Source: Faecousia sp. (GTDB taxonomy: Bacteria; Bacillota; Clostridia; Oscillospirales; Oscillospiraceae). Taken from it: 64,000 bases of DNA. The notes under the pieces are model-generated. The model was not told the origin of the DNA. It ran no database searches and saw nothing but the letters and a program-made list of their open reading frames with translations. The stretch is taken from contig JAZTZS010000021.1 of NCBI GenBank assembly GCA_045637585.1, forward strand, positions 20,759 through 84,758. Direction: 5' to 3'. Of this stretch, positions 1 to 10,600 are shown one piece after another. Numbering within the stretch: the stretch's first letter is position 1; each line of letters opens with the position of its first letter. The translations under genes were made by a program, and so were the position numbers.

Positions 1-5
1 CTGTT

Positions 6-3000
6 GTGCCCAGACAGCCTGTAACGACTTGGGAATTCCTGACGGAAGTGGAGGTTACGGCAGACACCGTGTCCGGTCTACTGGGTGAGACACTGTATAT
101 CTTGGTGGACGAGGCGTATACTCCTGTTGAAATCACAGAAGAATTTATCAAAGAAAACTTTGCGCCTAATACTGGCGACGATACTAATACAGAAGAAGAT
201 TCCGGTTCTGAAGGCGGCACCGGCACCGAAGGCGGCACCGGCACCGAGGGTGGTACTGGTACTGAGGGCGGCACCGGCACCGAAGGCGGCACTGGTACTG
301 AAGGCGGTACTGGCACCGAAGAAGGCGATGGTTCTGAAGTAGTCGCTACAGCTGAAGAAGGCTCCGTTGTTGAAGAAGAAATTGTCTATTATCGGTTGCC
401 GGAGAATGCCCATAGCTATTTTGCGATCGTAGATCCTACACAGCCTTATCGTGTGGCTACGGAAGGTGAAGTGGGTTCGTTTGCTCAGGTGGTCGGCTAT
501 CAGTATGTGGGTGCCGGCAATGCAAACGGACAGACTACCTATGCATTTACCCCCGATGGTTCCGGTACGGAACAGAATGTTCTGTATAACAAAATCTATA
601 TCACCGGCGGCTATTCCAATAATGAATGGTTTAAGCGGTATGTTTTGGATATGGACGGGGCAACGAACGCGGAATTGGCCGGATTCCGCATCATCTTGAA
701 TAGCGTCACCCCCAACATGCTGACCGCTGCCATGATTCAAAGTGCCGGCTTGGTAGTGGTTTCCGCAGGCTTTGACCGAGCCAACGGAAACACGGTGGCC
801 TACTCCACGGATGTCAATGCTGCCCTGTTGGCGGAACTGAGTGTCAAGCCCCGTATAGTGGATGCCAGAGTCACCGGGGCGCCCAACCTGTTGAGTCTGC
901 AGGACGAGACCGGGTCTCCCGCTGTTACTTCCAACAATGTCTATAACTTTGCCACAGGCACCGCCGGGGAGGCAGATTTCCGCAGTGCTTTGGCGACAAA
1001 CCAGTTCCATACTCCGTTTGTAACCACAACGCCCTACCAGGTTGTTGCAGATGAAATTGCGTATGAGAACTTCCTGCGGCAGGAAGATACTGATAATCTG
1101 CTGTCCACAGACATCTCCATGGCTACCTGCATCCGCTATATTATCAACACACACCGCACCGTCAATAAGAAGACGTCGCTCAATGTATTGGATATTCAGC
1201 CTGCTTCCAAATATGATGGTAGTACCGGACCTTTGTCCACGGCAACGGTGTTGGGGTGGCTGCCTGTGGAGACGCAGAATGCACTGAAAAATGCCGACGG
1301 CAGCTACAATATCAATATTACCCATATGTCTACATCGGCTTTGATAGCGAAGATTGAGGACATTTCAGAACAATATGACTTGATCTACATCGGAGCTGCT
1401 GAGAAGGGATTTAACCTGCCGGATGACCTGTATTATTCCAACATCGGCAAGACGTCTCAGGTAAGCACCTCGTACCTTAATGGTCTTTTGAGCCAAGGCA
1501 ACAATACTGCACGGTTCTCGGGCAATGACCTCACTCCCAGTAAACAGGCTGAGCTGATTGAATTTGCAAATGCCGGTCTGCCGGTAGTGGTGTCTGGTAC
1601 GCTGGTGTCCGGCTCCGGTGCCAGAGATGCCAGCACGTTGAGTGTTACGCTGACGAACTCCGGTAACACTTTGACTGCCGTACCCGCTTTGTCCCCGCAG
1701 ATTCAGAGCGTGCAGTACAGTTATCAGTGGTACCGGAATGGTGTTCTCCTTTCCGGTGAAACAAGCAATTCCATCTATGCGTCCTCCGGATACGCATACC
1801 GCTGTGCTGTGACCGCATCGGTCGACGGCATCAACCGCACTGCATACAGTGATACCAAGAGGCTTTCCGGCACCAGCAGTATGCTGAAAAAATATGAAGA
1901 TCGGCCATGGAATGATTGGCAGAATCTTGGCAGAAACTATGATGGAAATGTAACCGAGAACAATGCAAATCACCAGGTAACGGTTTCTGTCTCTCAAAAT
2001 TACGGAGGTTCCGTCAGAAATGCCACCTATCAGTGGTACAGAGGAACCCGTAATTCAACCCCAGTAAGAAATGCAACCGGAAGCACCTTTGCCATTCCTG
2101 AAGACGGCCAATACTATTACTGCCAGATCACATTCCGGACCGGCCGGGGAACGACAACCGTAATGAGCCCTGCCTATGCAGTTACCGTTGGTAGCGCAAA
2201 CTTTACAACGATTGCGCCATATGCTATCAATGCGGAGATCCCCGCGGTCACAGCTGGCTCCTATGCCATCAATCCCAATCGGGTAGATGTCAACTCCCTG
2301 ATGTATAAGGCTTTAGACAGTATCTGGAGCCGTGAGAATGTGATGGTGCAGTCCTCCTTGGAAGCCGGCACAGGAAATACAAAGCTGAACGACAATCAGG
2401 ACACCCTGGTCAAGTATCTGAACTTGTCCCGTCCGTCGATTACTTTGAGTACAGCACCCAGGACATATGACGGCCTGCGGAATGCCGCAGGAAATGTGGT
2501 GGATTTGAACGCCTATGACTGCGGCGGTAATCTAAGCTACACCTTTACCATTCAGAATCCTACTGATCCCGACCCCGCCAATACCCGCTACGCGTGTTAT
2601 CTCTATGTTGACCAGAACGGTGACGGCCGTCACAACGCAGAGGAGCGGATTGGTGATCTGTACATTGGTGAGGTTGGTTCGTCCGGCACCAGCGTAATAA
2701 ACAACGGTGAATTGCGGGCGGGCGCTACCTATACGATGCAGCGTACTCTGAACCGCACCCAGTTCAGCGGCATTGTTGCCTGGAAACTCCAGGTGGTGAA
2801 AGTGGGCGAGAGTACCGTTCATGCATCGGAAAAAGGCTATGCGTACATCCAGCCCGCCAGCCCCACTGTCATCAGCGTTTTGCAAATCCGACCCCAAAAC
2901 GGCACAGGTATTGATTTGTCCACCAACGCAAAGTTCACCGGCCTGTATGCAGAGCTGGAGGCGGCCAATGCCTACGATATCCAGCTTGCCACCACAACGG

Positions 3001-4289
3001 CCAATGTCCTCAACCGCAAGGCGACATCGACCGAAGTGTTCAATATTCTGGATCAATACAACATGATCATCATCGGCTTTGATGATATGTACGGTGAATT
3101 GAATGAGCGTGTTGCCCAGGCAGTGGTGGAGTATATTGAGACCGGCAAAGCCGTTCTGTTTACCCACGATACGACATCTTTCTATAATGTCAACAGTAAC
3201 AGTGCTTGGGGCTATTATTTCAACCAGTACATCCGCGACAAAGTAGGTCTTGATCGCTACGGCGTCACCAACACTACGTTTAAGGGCAGTGTTGCCGCAG
3301 GTACGGACGGACAAGTTAATGCTGCTACGGCGCAGGCGTTGTGGGACGCCGGCTATACGGTGGCATATGTGCCAAAGTCGAGTATGCAGTCTGCCGCTCA
3401 TGCCCAAGGTTATACAAACCTGACGATCAATCGTTACAGATCCGGTGAGGGCGGCCTTGCCACCACGACGAAGGTTTCTCAGGTCAACCGCGGTCAGATC
3501 ACGGAATATCCTTACAGGATTGGTGATCTGGATGTTGCCACAACCCATGAGCAGTATTACCAGCTGAACATGAACGCGGATGATATTGCCGTCTGGTATT
3601 GTCTGAGTGGCAACAATTACGCAAACTACCGCAACGATGCCACGAATGCGTATTACATCTATAACCGCGGCAACATTACCTATTCCGGCGCAGGCCACAA
3701 TACCAATCTGACATCGGATGAAGCTATGCTGTTCGTCAACACCATGGTTGCAGCGTACCGTGCAGCCAACAACCCACCTACCGTAGAGTTCCGGACTGCC
3801 AATGATTATCCCGTCACTACACAGTTGGTCCCGGTGGAATATTCGGCTGAGGGCAATGTCGGTCAGAGTTTGGGCAGTGAGCAGACGATCTACTTCAAAA
3901 TTCAGGATACCAACCTGACTGCGAACAAGACCATTGCTGTGGAGTTGTACTATGACTCCAATGCGGATGATGCGGTTGAGGATCCCTCCCTGAAGAGCCC
4001 TGGTGCTGCCGTTGAAGCGGCTGCGCCTAAGGTGAAGCAGGCGGAAATTGAAGCGATCTATCGTGTGGATAACGGAGCGATGGTGTCGGGTACTGCGTTG
4101 AACAGCAACGTTCTTTACAAAATGACCATTCCTCAGGAAATTTTGGAAAACTTTGCAGTTTCGGACGATGCAGAAACCAAGATTTACATTAAGGCTATCA
4201 CATCGATTCCCAACGGCGCATATGTCGCCAAGTATTCCGGAAGTGATGACCTGACCCTGAAAAAGATCGGTTTGCTGCGGCTGGAGTAA
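6..4289 (+). CDS. DUF5057-type large extracellular protein (5'-truncated by the window edge)
   Basis: The frame is open from the window edge. It carries motifs I recognise from DUF5057 proteins (YDLIYIG, FSGNDLT, GKAVLFTHDTTS, QVNRGQITEYPY, VWYCL, YYIYNRGNITYSGAGH), two YQWY...YxC Ig-like modules and an EGGTGT repeat. Confidence 0.75.
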   Translation: MPRQPVTTWEFLTEVEVTADTVSGLLGETLYILVDEAYTPVEITEEFIKENFAPNTGDDTNTEEDSGSEGGTGTEGGTGTEGGTGTEGGTGTEGGTGTEGGTGTEEGDGSEVVATAEEGSVVEEEIVYYRLPENAHSYFAIVDPTQPYRVATEGEVGSFAQVVGYQYVGAGNANGQTTYAFTPDGSGTEQNVLYNKIYITGGYSNNEWFKRYVLDMDGATNAELAGFRIILNSVTPNMLTAAMIQSAGLVVVSAGFDRANGNTVAYSTDVNAALLAELSVKPRIVDARVTGAPNLLSLQDETGSPAVTSNNVYNFATGTAGEADFRSALATNQFHTPFVTTTPYQVVADEIAYENFLRQEDTDNLLSTDISMATCIRYIINTHRTVNKKTSLNVLDIQPASKYDGSTGPLSTATVLGWLPVETQNALKNADGSYNINITHMSTSALIAKIEDISEQYDLIYIGAAEKGFNLPDDLYYSNIGKTSQVSTSYLNGLLSQGNNTARFSGNDLTPSKQAELIEFANAGLPVVVSGTLVSGSGARDASTLSVTLTNSGNTLTAVPALSPQIQSVQYSYQWYRNGVLLSGETSNSIYASSGYAYRCAVTASVDGINRTAYSDTKRLSGTSSMLKKYEDRPWNDWQNLGRNYDGNVTENNANHQVTVSVSQNYGGSVRNATYQWYRGTRNSTPVRNATGSTFAIPEDGQYYYCQITFRTGRGTTTVMSPAYAVTVGSANFTTIAPYAINAEIPAVTAGSYAINPNRVDVNSLMYKALDSIWSRENVMVQSSLEAGTGNTKLNDNQDTLVKYLNLSRPSITLSTAPRTYDGLRNAAGNVVDLNAYDCGGNLSYTFTIQNPTDPDPANTRYACYLYVDQNGDGRHNAEERIGDLYIGEVGSSGTSVINNGELRAGATYTMQRTLNRTQFSGIVAWKLQVVKVGESTVHASEKGYAYIQPASPTVISVLQIRPQNGTGIDLSTNAKFTGLYAELEAANAYDIQLATTTANVLNRKATSTEVFNILDQYNMIIIGFDDMYGELNERVAQAVVEYIETGKAVLFTHDTTSFYNVNSNSAWGYYFNQYIRDKVGLDRYGVTNTTFKGSVAAGTDGQVNAATAQALWDAGYTVAYVPKSSMQSAAHAQGYTNLTINRYRSGEGGLATTTKVSQVNRGQITEYPYRIGDLDVATTHEQYYQLNMNADDIAVWYCLSGNNYANYRNDATNAYYIYNRGNITYSGAGHNTNLTSDEAMLFVNTMVAAYRAANNPPTVEFRTANDYPVTTQLVPVEYSAEGNVGQSLGSEQTIYFKIQDTNLTANKTIAVELYYDSNADDAVEDPSLKSPGAAVEAAAPKVKQAEIEAIYRVDNGAMVSGTALNSNVLYKMTIPQEILENFAVSDDAETKIYIKAITSIPNGAYVAKYSGSDDLTLKKIGLLRLE
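210..317 (+). repeat. Six tandem 18-bp units encoding EGGTGT
   Basis: gaaggcggcaccggcacc and synonymous variants at 210, 228, 246, 264, 282 and 300. Confidence 0.95.
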
Positions 4290-4307
4290 TCCGTGAGTGC
4301 GAACGTT

Positions 4308-4349
4308 AAAAACAAGGCAATCCCTGTTTAGGGATTGCCTTGTTTTTTT
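4308..4349 (+). terminator. Rho-independent terminator
   Basis: aaacaaggcaatccct-gttt-agggattgccttgttt followed by a T-run. Confidence 0.9.
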
Positions 4350-4474
4350 CCGTGCTTCGCAAGGTTGACAGAGGTTAACATCGGTTTTCCGTGTTTCAAT
4401 CTATAACACATTAAAAATGGCAATGTTGCATAAAAAAGGCATAATTTTTTTGTAGCCAGGTGAACAGAATTTAT

Positions 4475-4503
4475 TTGACTTTAATAGAGTATAGTGCTAA
4501 AAT
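4475..4503 (+). promoter_or_regulatory. sigma-A-type promoter
   Basis: TTGACT-17-TAAAAT with an extended TG, upstream of the large Asp-box gene. Confidence 0.6.
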
Positions 4504-4605
4504 TTTACATATATATTATATGCATGTCCATTATCGAATGCATGCTTTGATGTGGGTATTTTTCGCGTAAGCGTTAAATATATTTTTGAAAGAGGAGTGA
4601 AAAAG

Positions 4606-7600
4606 TTGAAACAATTCAAACGCGCGATTTCTTTTGTTGCGGTGTTCGCGATACTGTTCGGCTTAATGCCCGGTATCCGGCTGTTCACTACAGCATCCGC
4701 CGCGTCCGTGGTAGGGGATAATTTCCTCCATGCCAGTTATACGGAAGACGGAGTGACCGTCGACGGTAAGCTGGATGAGGCCCTTTACCGCCGGACGATT
4801 TCCTTAGGCGGTGCATTAAAGGTCAGCGCAGCCTGGGACTGGAAAAATCTGACCCTGGCCTTTGCTGACACCGCAGCCCCCGCTGTGACCGAAATTAAGG
4901 TCAACGGACAGGCTGTGACTGCTGAGGGTGTTGCCGACACAGGACGGGAGATCCAGATCCCCCTGGCCTCTGTGGGAATCGGCACTCCTGATTTGACCAA
5001 GAGCTACGCTCTGTCCTTTAAGGCAGGCGAAGTCACTTGGGAAGGTAAGCTGGTTTTCGATACCAGTAACTACGCAACTGCCGCGCCTGCTGCCAGCCAG
5101 GCTTACGGTGTTGAGTTTTCCGCCGACAAGTGGACGGCATATATGAACGTACTTACCGGCAGCGGCGATAGCGAGAGTACCGGTTGGCGTGACTTCTACT
5201 GGCCCGCAATGGCTAATCTGGCTTCTTCTGCCACCGCTCCCACCATTGTGGAAATGGATGTAACTGTCAACTATCTGCATGATGCCAACGAGCCTGCTGC
5301 CAACCAGAAGGGCAGAGACTTCCTGATGGGCGGCTTCGCATTTACAGTGGTCGATGATGCACCCATGAACGGCTCCAATGCTCTGGAAGGCATCCCTGCC
5401 GGCCTGTACAAGAACGGAACCGACCTGAAGCTGGTCTACTGGGATGGCGCTAACGGTGCGTATAAGAGCGTTGTGGTGGATACCTACACTGCAGGTAAGG
5501 TGTACCATCTGCGTCTGGAGTACAGCTATCCCGGCGGCACTGCCAGCTTGGATGCAAATGACAATCCTGCCAACGATCTGGTCAATGCCAAGTATTTTGT
5601 CAACGGCAAGCTGGTCGCTGTTGGAGAGAATGTCAAGCGCAACGGCACATTCGCTTCCGGCGCAGGCAATAAGATACTGATTCTGGCGCAGAACCCCACC
5701 ATTCAGGATGCGGCAAACACAACGCCCACGGATGTTACTGTTGCCAACCTGTCTGCTGTAAAGCCTGTGACGGTTGAGCCTCCTGCAGGTGTGGGCGATC
5801 TGTTCCTGCATGCTGCCTATGCTGCCGACGGTATTACCATGGACGGCAAGCTTACTGAGGCTGCATGGCGCATGGACTATCCGCTGTCTCGGATTCTGAG
5901 CTTTGGCGCGACCTGGGACTGGAATAACCTGTATCTGGGCTTTGCTACCAACGATGGCAGCCGTGTCTTGTCTTTTACAGATATGACAATCAACGGCAAG
6001 ACCTATATCACCGACGGCACCTACGATGCCGATACACGGGAATATGCGTTCCCCCTGGCTGAGATCGGCATCGGTGAACCCGATTTTGGCAAGACCTACA
6101 AGATTTCTTTCAAGCAGAACGGAGTGCTCTGGGAAGGCAACCTGGTCTTTGATACTCGTCCTTACCTCTCCAGTGCCCCCGCTACCAGCCAGGCTTACGG
6201 CACCGCGTTCTCTCCGGACGGCTGGACTGCGGATATGCACGTCAAGACCGGTAGCGGCGAGACCGATGCCACCGGCTGGCGTGACTTGTACTGGCCTACT
6301 ATCGCAAACCTGGCATCTTCTCTGGAAGCTGCCACTGTGGTAGATATGGATGTTACCGTCAATTATCTGCCTGATGCCGATGAGCCTTCTGCTGCACAAA
6401 AGGGCAGAGATTTTCTCATGGGTGGTCTGGCCTTTACCGTAGTGGACGACGTGACGGTTACCAGCAATAGTGCAACGGAAGCAATTCCTGCAGGTATCTA
6501 CAGAGACGGTGACGACCTGAAGCTGGTCTACTGGGACGGCGATCAGGGCAGGTATGTCAGTGTGGCTTTCGATACCTACGGTGTGGGACAGAAGTACCAC
6601 CTGCGAATTGAATACAGCTACACCGCGGGAAGTGCGGGTCTGGCTGAGAACGATACCCCCAACAACGATAAGGTTGCTGCCAGATATTTCGTAAACGGTA
6701 TTCTAGTGGCAGAAGCCGGTAACGTAAAGAGAAACGGTAGCTATGGCGTTGCAAACCCCAACACCATCATGCTCCTTTCTCAGAATTTAACCAATCAGAT
6801 GACAACAGATGCGGAATCTACCAATGTTGTAGTTTCCAAACTGTCCGTGGGCAAGCCCCAGGAACTGGAAAAGCCTACCGATCTGGAGGATCTGACTCCC
6901 GAGTACATCTTTGGTCGGATCGACCTGAACCATGTGCGTACCAAGCTGTCTCTGGTTGCAGAATTTGTCGGTGAGAGTGGCACGACTTATCCTCTGACCT
7001 GGGTTATCGGCGATGAGACTGTAGTCGCAGCCGATGGTAAGGTCACCCGTCATGAGACCGAAGCCAAGTCCACCACCATCACCTTGAAGGTGGAAGACCA
7101 GGAACTTTGGACGGTAACAGTTACCGTCGATCCTCTGTCTGCCGTTGACCAGGCTTCCCCTGAAAATGCGGATGCTGCATTCTCTGCATCCCAGATCGTT
7201 ATTGACGGCAGCCTCAGCGAGGAAGGCTGGAGAATGGGCGGCCGCGTCCTGGACGACAAGGATGTTATCTTTGCTGAATATGGTTTCCAATGGAATCAGA
7301 CCACCCTGTTCGCGGCGGTAGATTTTGCCGACGACCTGGGCGCTCTGGTACTGAACCTGAACGGTAAGGAATTTACGCTGGCTGACGGCAAACTGCTGCT
7401 GGGTGGCGTAGAGGTTACTGAAGCTACTGTGGCTGTAAAGGGCGGCACTGTGGAGATCGCTGTTCCCATGCAGAGCCTGGGTATGGGTGAGAAGATCAGC
7501 GAGTACGGCAAGTCCATGGATGTTACCGTGAAGGCCGGAACCTTCACCGGCGCCATCAAGAAGCTGGGCCTGTCCGGTGTGGATTATTTCGCTACCGATA

Positions 7601-10600
7601 ACCGTGAGCACGCCGCACCCACCTCCGGTATGAAGTCCAATGATGCCGAGCACGGTATCGATATTCTGGAGAACGGCTACCGGCTGTATGATCTCTATAA
7701 AGAGGGCGGCTCCAACAACAAGACGGAGATCCGCAGCTACATTCTGTACAACAAGCTGCCGATTTATTTGGAGAACTTTGAGGATCGCACAAACGCTTTC
7801 CGTGTAGAATTCGACTTCGTGGCAGATAAGATGCCCCTGCAGAACGAGGAGCACTTCAATACCTCCGCGTTCTCTAACTCCGGCTTCAGCTGGTCCCTGG
7901 GTGAACTGGCCAACGATAGAAAAGATGCCTGGACTGCGGTCTGCGGCATTATGAACACTGAAAACGGTCTGGAATTTGTGGTACAGGCAAATGCCGGCCA
8001 CATTCTGGTTCCTCTGAACAAGACTCTGGGCCAGCAGTTCCACATCGCTGTGGAATGGTATCAGGACGACCACATGGATCTGTATATCGACGGCGTTCTG
8101 ATCAAGAGCCTTGCAGGCGTCAGCAAGTATACCAATGGTGTTGGTAATGCATCCCTGTGCATTAACATGAAGCGCGTCAAGATCGCACCCACCAGCTCCG
8201 CGGATGACTTTGACGTCACCATGACCAACCTGGCTCTTGGTAAGGTTTTCAACAATGAGGATATCCTCAACCAGGTGACCTTTGAGACCATCAAGGGTAC
8301 CAACACGGCAGAGGGCGAGATCATTGCCGATTTGATCCTGCCTGCAAAAATCACCAACGGTCAGTTGGACAAGGAGTTTGACATCACCTGGGTCAGCTCC
8401 AATCCTGACGTGGTCAATCCTGAGACAGGTAAGGTCACCCGTCCTCAGCAGGGTGTAGCCATTGTAGAATTGACTGCTACCCTGGCAAACGGCGCTGCCA
8501 AGGAGTTTGATCTGATTGTGCACGGTCTGGCCACCACTAACGACGGTGTTCTGTACCGTGAAAGCGACAAGAATCCCGCCAAGGGTACAGGTATCGCCTT
8601 CGAGGGACTGCTGTTCACCTTCGATACCAGCAACAACAGTATCATCCGTGACCTGGGAGCAAAGCAGAAGGTTAACGTTGCGGTTTTGAATGACGGCGAC
8701 GATAAGGCACGTTTGAATGCCCAGTCTCTGACTTTGTGGGTCAGCGATGACAACGTGACCTATACGCAGGTTGAGTCCTTCAAGCTCCTGCATATAGGCG
8801 AGCAGTGGTATCTGTACGACTTCGAGGCTGAGGCCCGGTACGTCAAGGTTCACTACACCCACTTCGATGGCGGCGAGGCTGACTTCATCGGTGCTTACGG
8901 TACGATGATCGATGCTCGTTACGAGGAGGTCTTTGGCGGTTGTGAGGCTACCTTTACCTCCGGTGAGTACACTTTGACCAATACTACCGGAAAGACCCAG
9001 AAGGACTATGCCTGGACTATTTCCAAGGAAGCTCTGGGAATCACCGGTTCCGATGCCTCCATCCGGATCTCCCTGAACGGCGAGCTGCTGTACCATTATG
9101 TGGATGGCGAGAACGTTATCGTTCGCATCCCTGATGTTGCTGCCGGTGCCTCTGTGAAGCTTACTGTTCAGCAGAGTACAAGCGAGGAACTTATGGACAT
9201 CGCCAATAAGGAAGCTGTCCACGAGGTCGTATACGGTTACGTGGAAACCTACGCTGAATCCCGCAAGTGGCTCATGACCCTGCCTGCCGGTACTGTGTTC
9301 GCAGACGGCACCAAGCTGGAAGAGGAGACACTCTTCGGTATGGGTTATAATGCCTTCTATACCTCCACTGACGGTGGTGTTACCTGGTCCGATGCGACCA
9401 AGATTTTCAACAATGCTCCCGCCGGCAAGATCGCGGTAGATAAGATGAGCGATGGCGGCTTGTTCTTCGATGACGTTACTGGCCGGATCATGTTCCAGAC
9501 GTATCACAAGTATAAGACTTTCAACGCCCTGGATATGAATGATTCCCATATGGAAACCTTTATCCTGGCATCTGATGACGGCGGTAAGACCTGGTACCTG
9601 ATGAGCACCCTGCCCTGCGCATGTGATGCTCAGTACGCAGGCACAAACGTGCCCAAGTATGCCCTGTCCTACACCGATCCTATCAAGCTGTCTACCTATG
9701 ACGGTAATGGCGATGGCGTTGACTTTGTATTCCCCCTGGGCTCCCAGTATGACAACACCGGTGCGTTTGCCTGCCGTGTCGCCTACACCCGGGATGCCGG
9801 TGAGACCTGGCTCTACAGCCAGACCCAGATCACCTATCCCGCTACGGGCTCCGAGGGCGGCTGCTCTGAGGCTTACATCGTAGAGCGTGATGATGGCGTT
9901 CTGGTGCTCCATGTAAGATGTCAGGCTGCTGGTTCTTACCACTTTAAGGTATGTTACTCCTTGGATCAAGGCGTCACCTGGACCAACGAGCATTACATGA
10001 CCGACTACTACGCCACCAACGGCCAGGCGATGATCAAGCGGGTCGAGGTGAATGGTGTGGAGACCTTCATGTCTATCTGGCAGGGCAACAACGCTCTCAA
10101 CGGTGCAAGTTACATCCGCAGCCCCCTGAACATTGCCATCTCCACAGATGAAGGTGAGACCTTCAATAATGTTCAGAACCTGGCATCCAAGACCTACCTG
10201 GAAGGCTATGACTATCGCTGGAGAACCTACATGACCAACCAGTCTGTTGCCAAGTTCGGTGATGACAATCTGAAGCTCACCTACCGCAGAAGTCCCATGG
10301 GCGATTATATCGTGGTGAATGCTTACGACTTTGACACCTGGTATACCCGCACCAAGGGCGCATACGACGACTTTGAGCATGGCGTAGTCCAGTATGAAGG
10401 CTGGTCTGTCCTGGGCGGCAGCGCAGAACTGACTACTGCCAATGCACAGGGCAAGTACTCCATGAAGATCGGCGCCAACGGTTCTGTAGTGACCCGTTCG
10501 ATTCCGGGAACCAGTGATGGTAAGATCAGCGTAGATGTCTTCGTGGCAGAAAACGGCAAGTTCACTCTGTCCCTGCAGAATGCGTTCAATCCCGCATACA

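Noticed and set aside
210-317. Possible CRISPR array
   Set aside because: Contiguous in-frame 18-bp coding repeats without spacers; no cas genes in the window.
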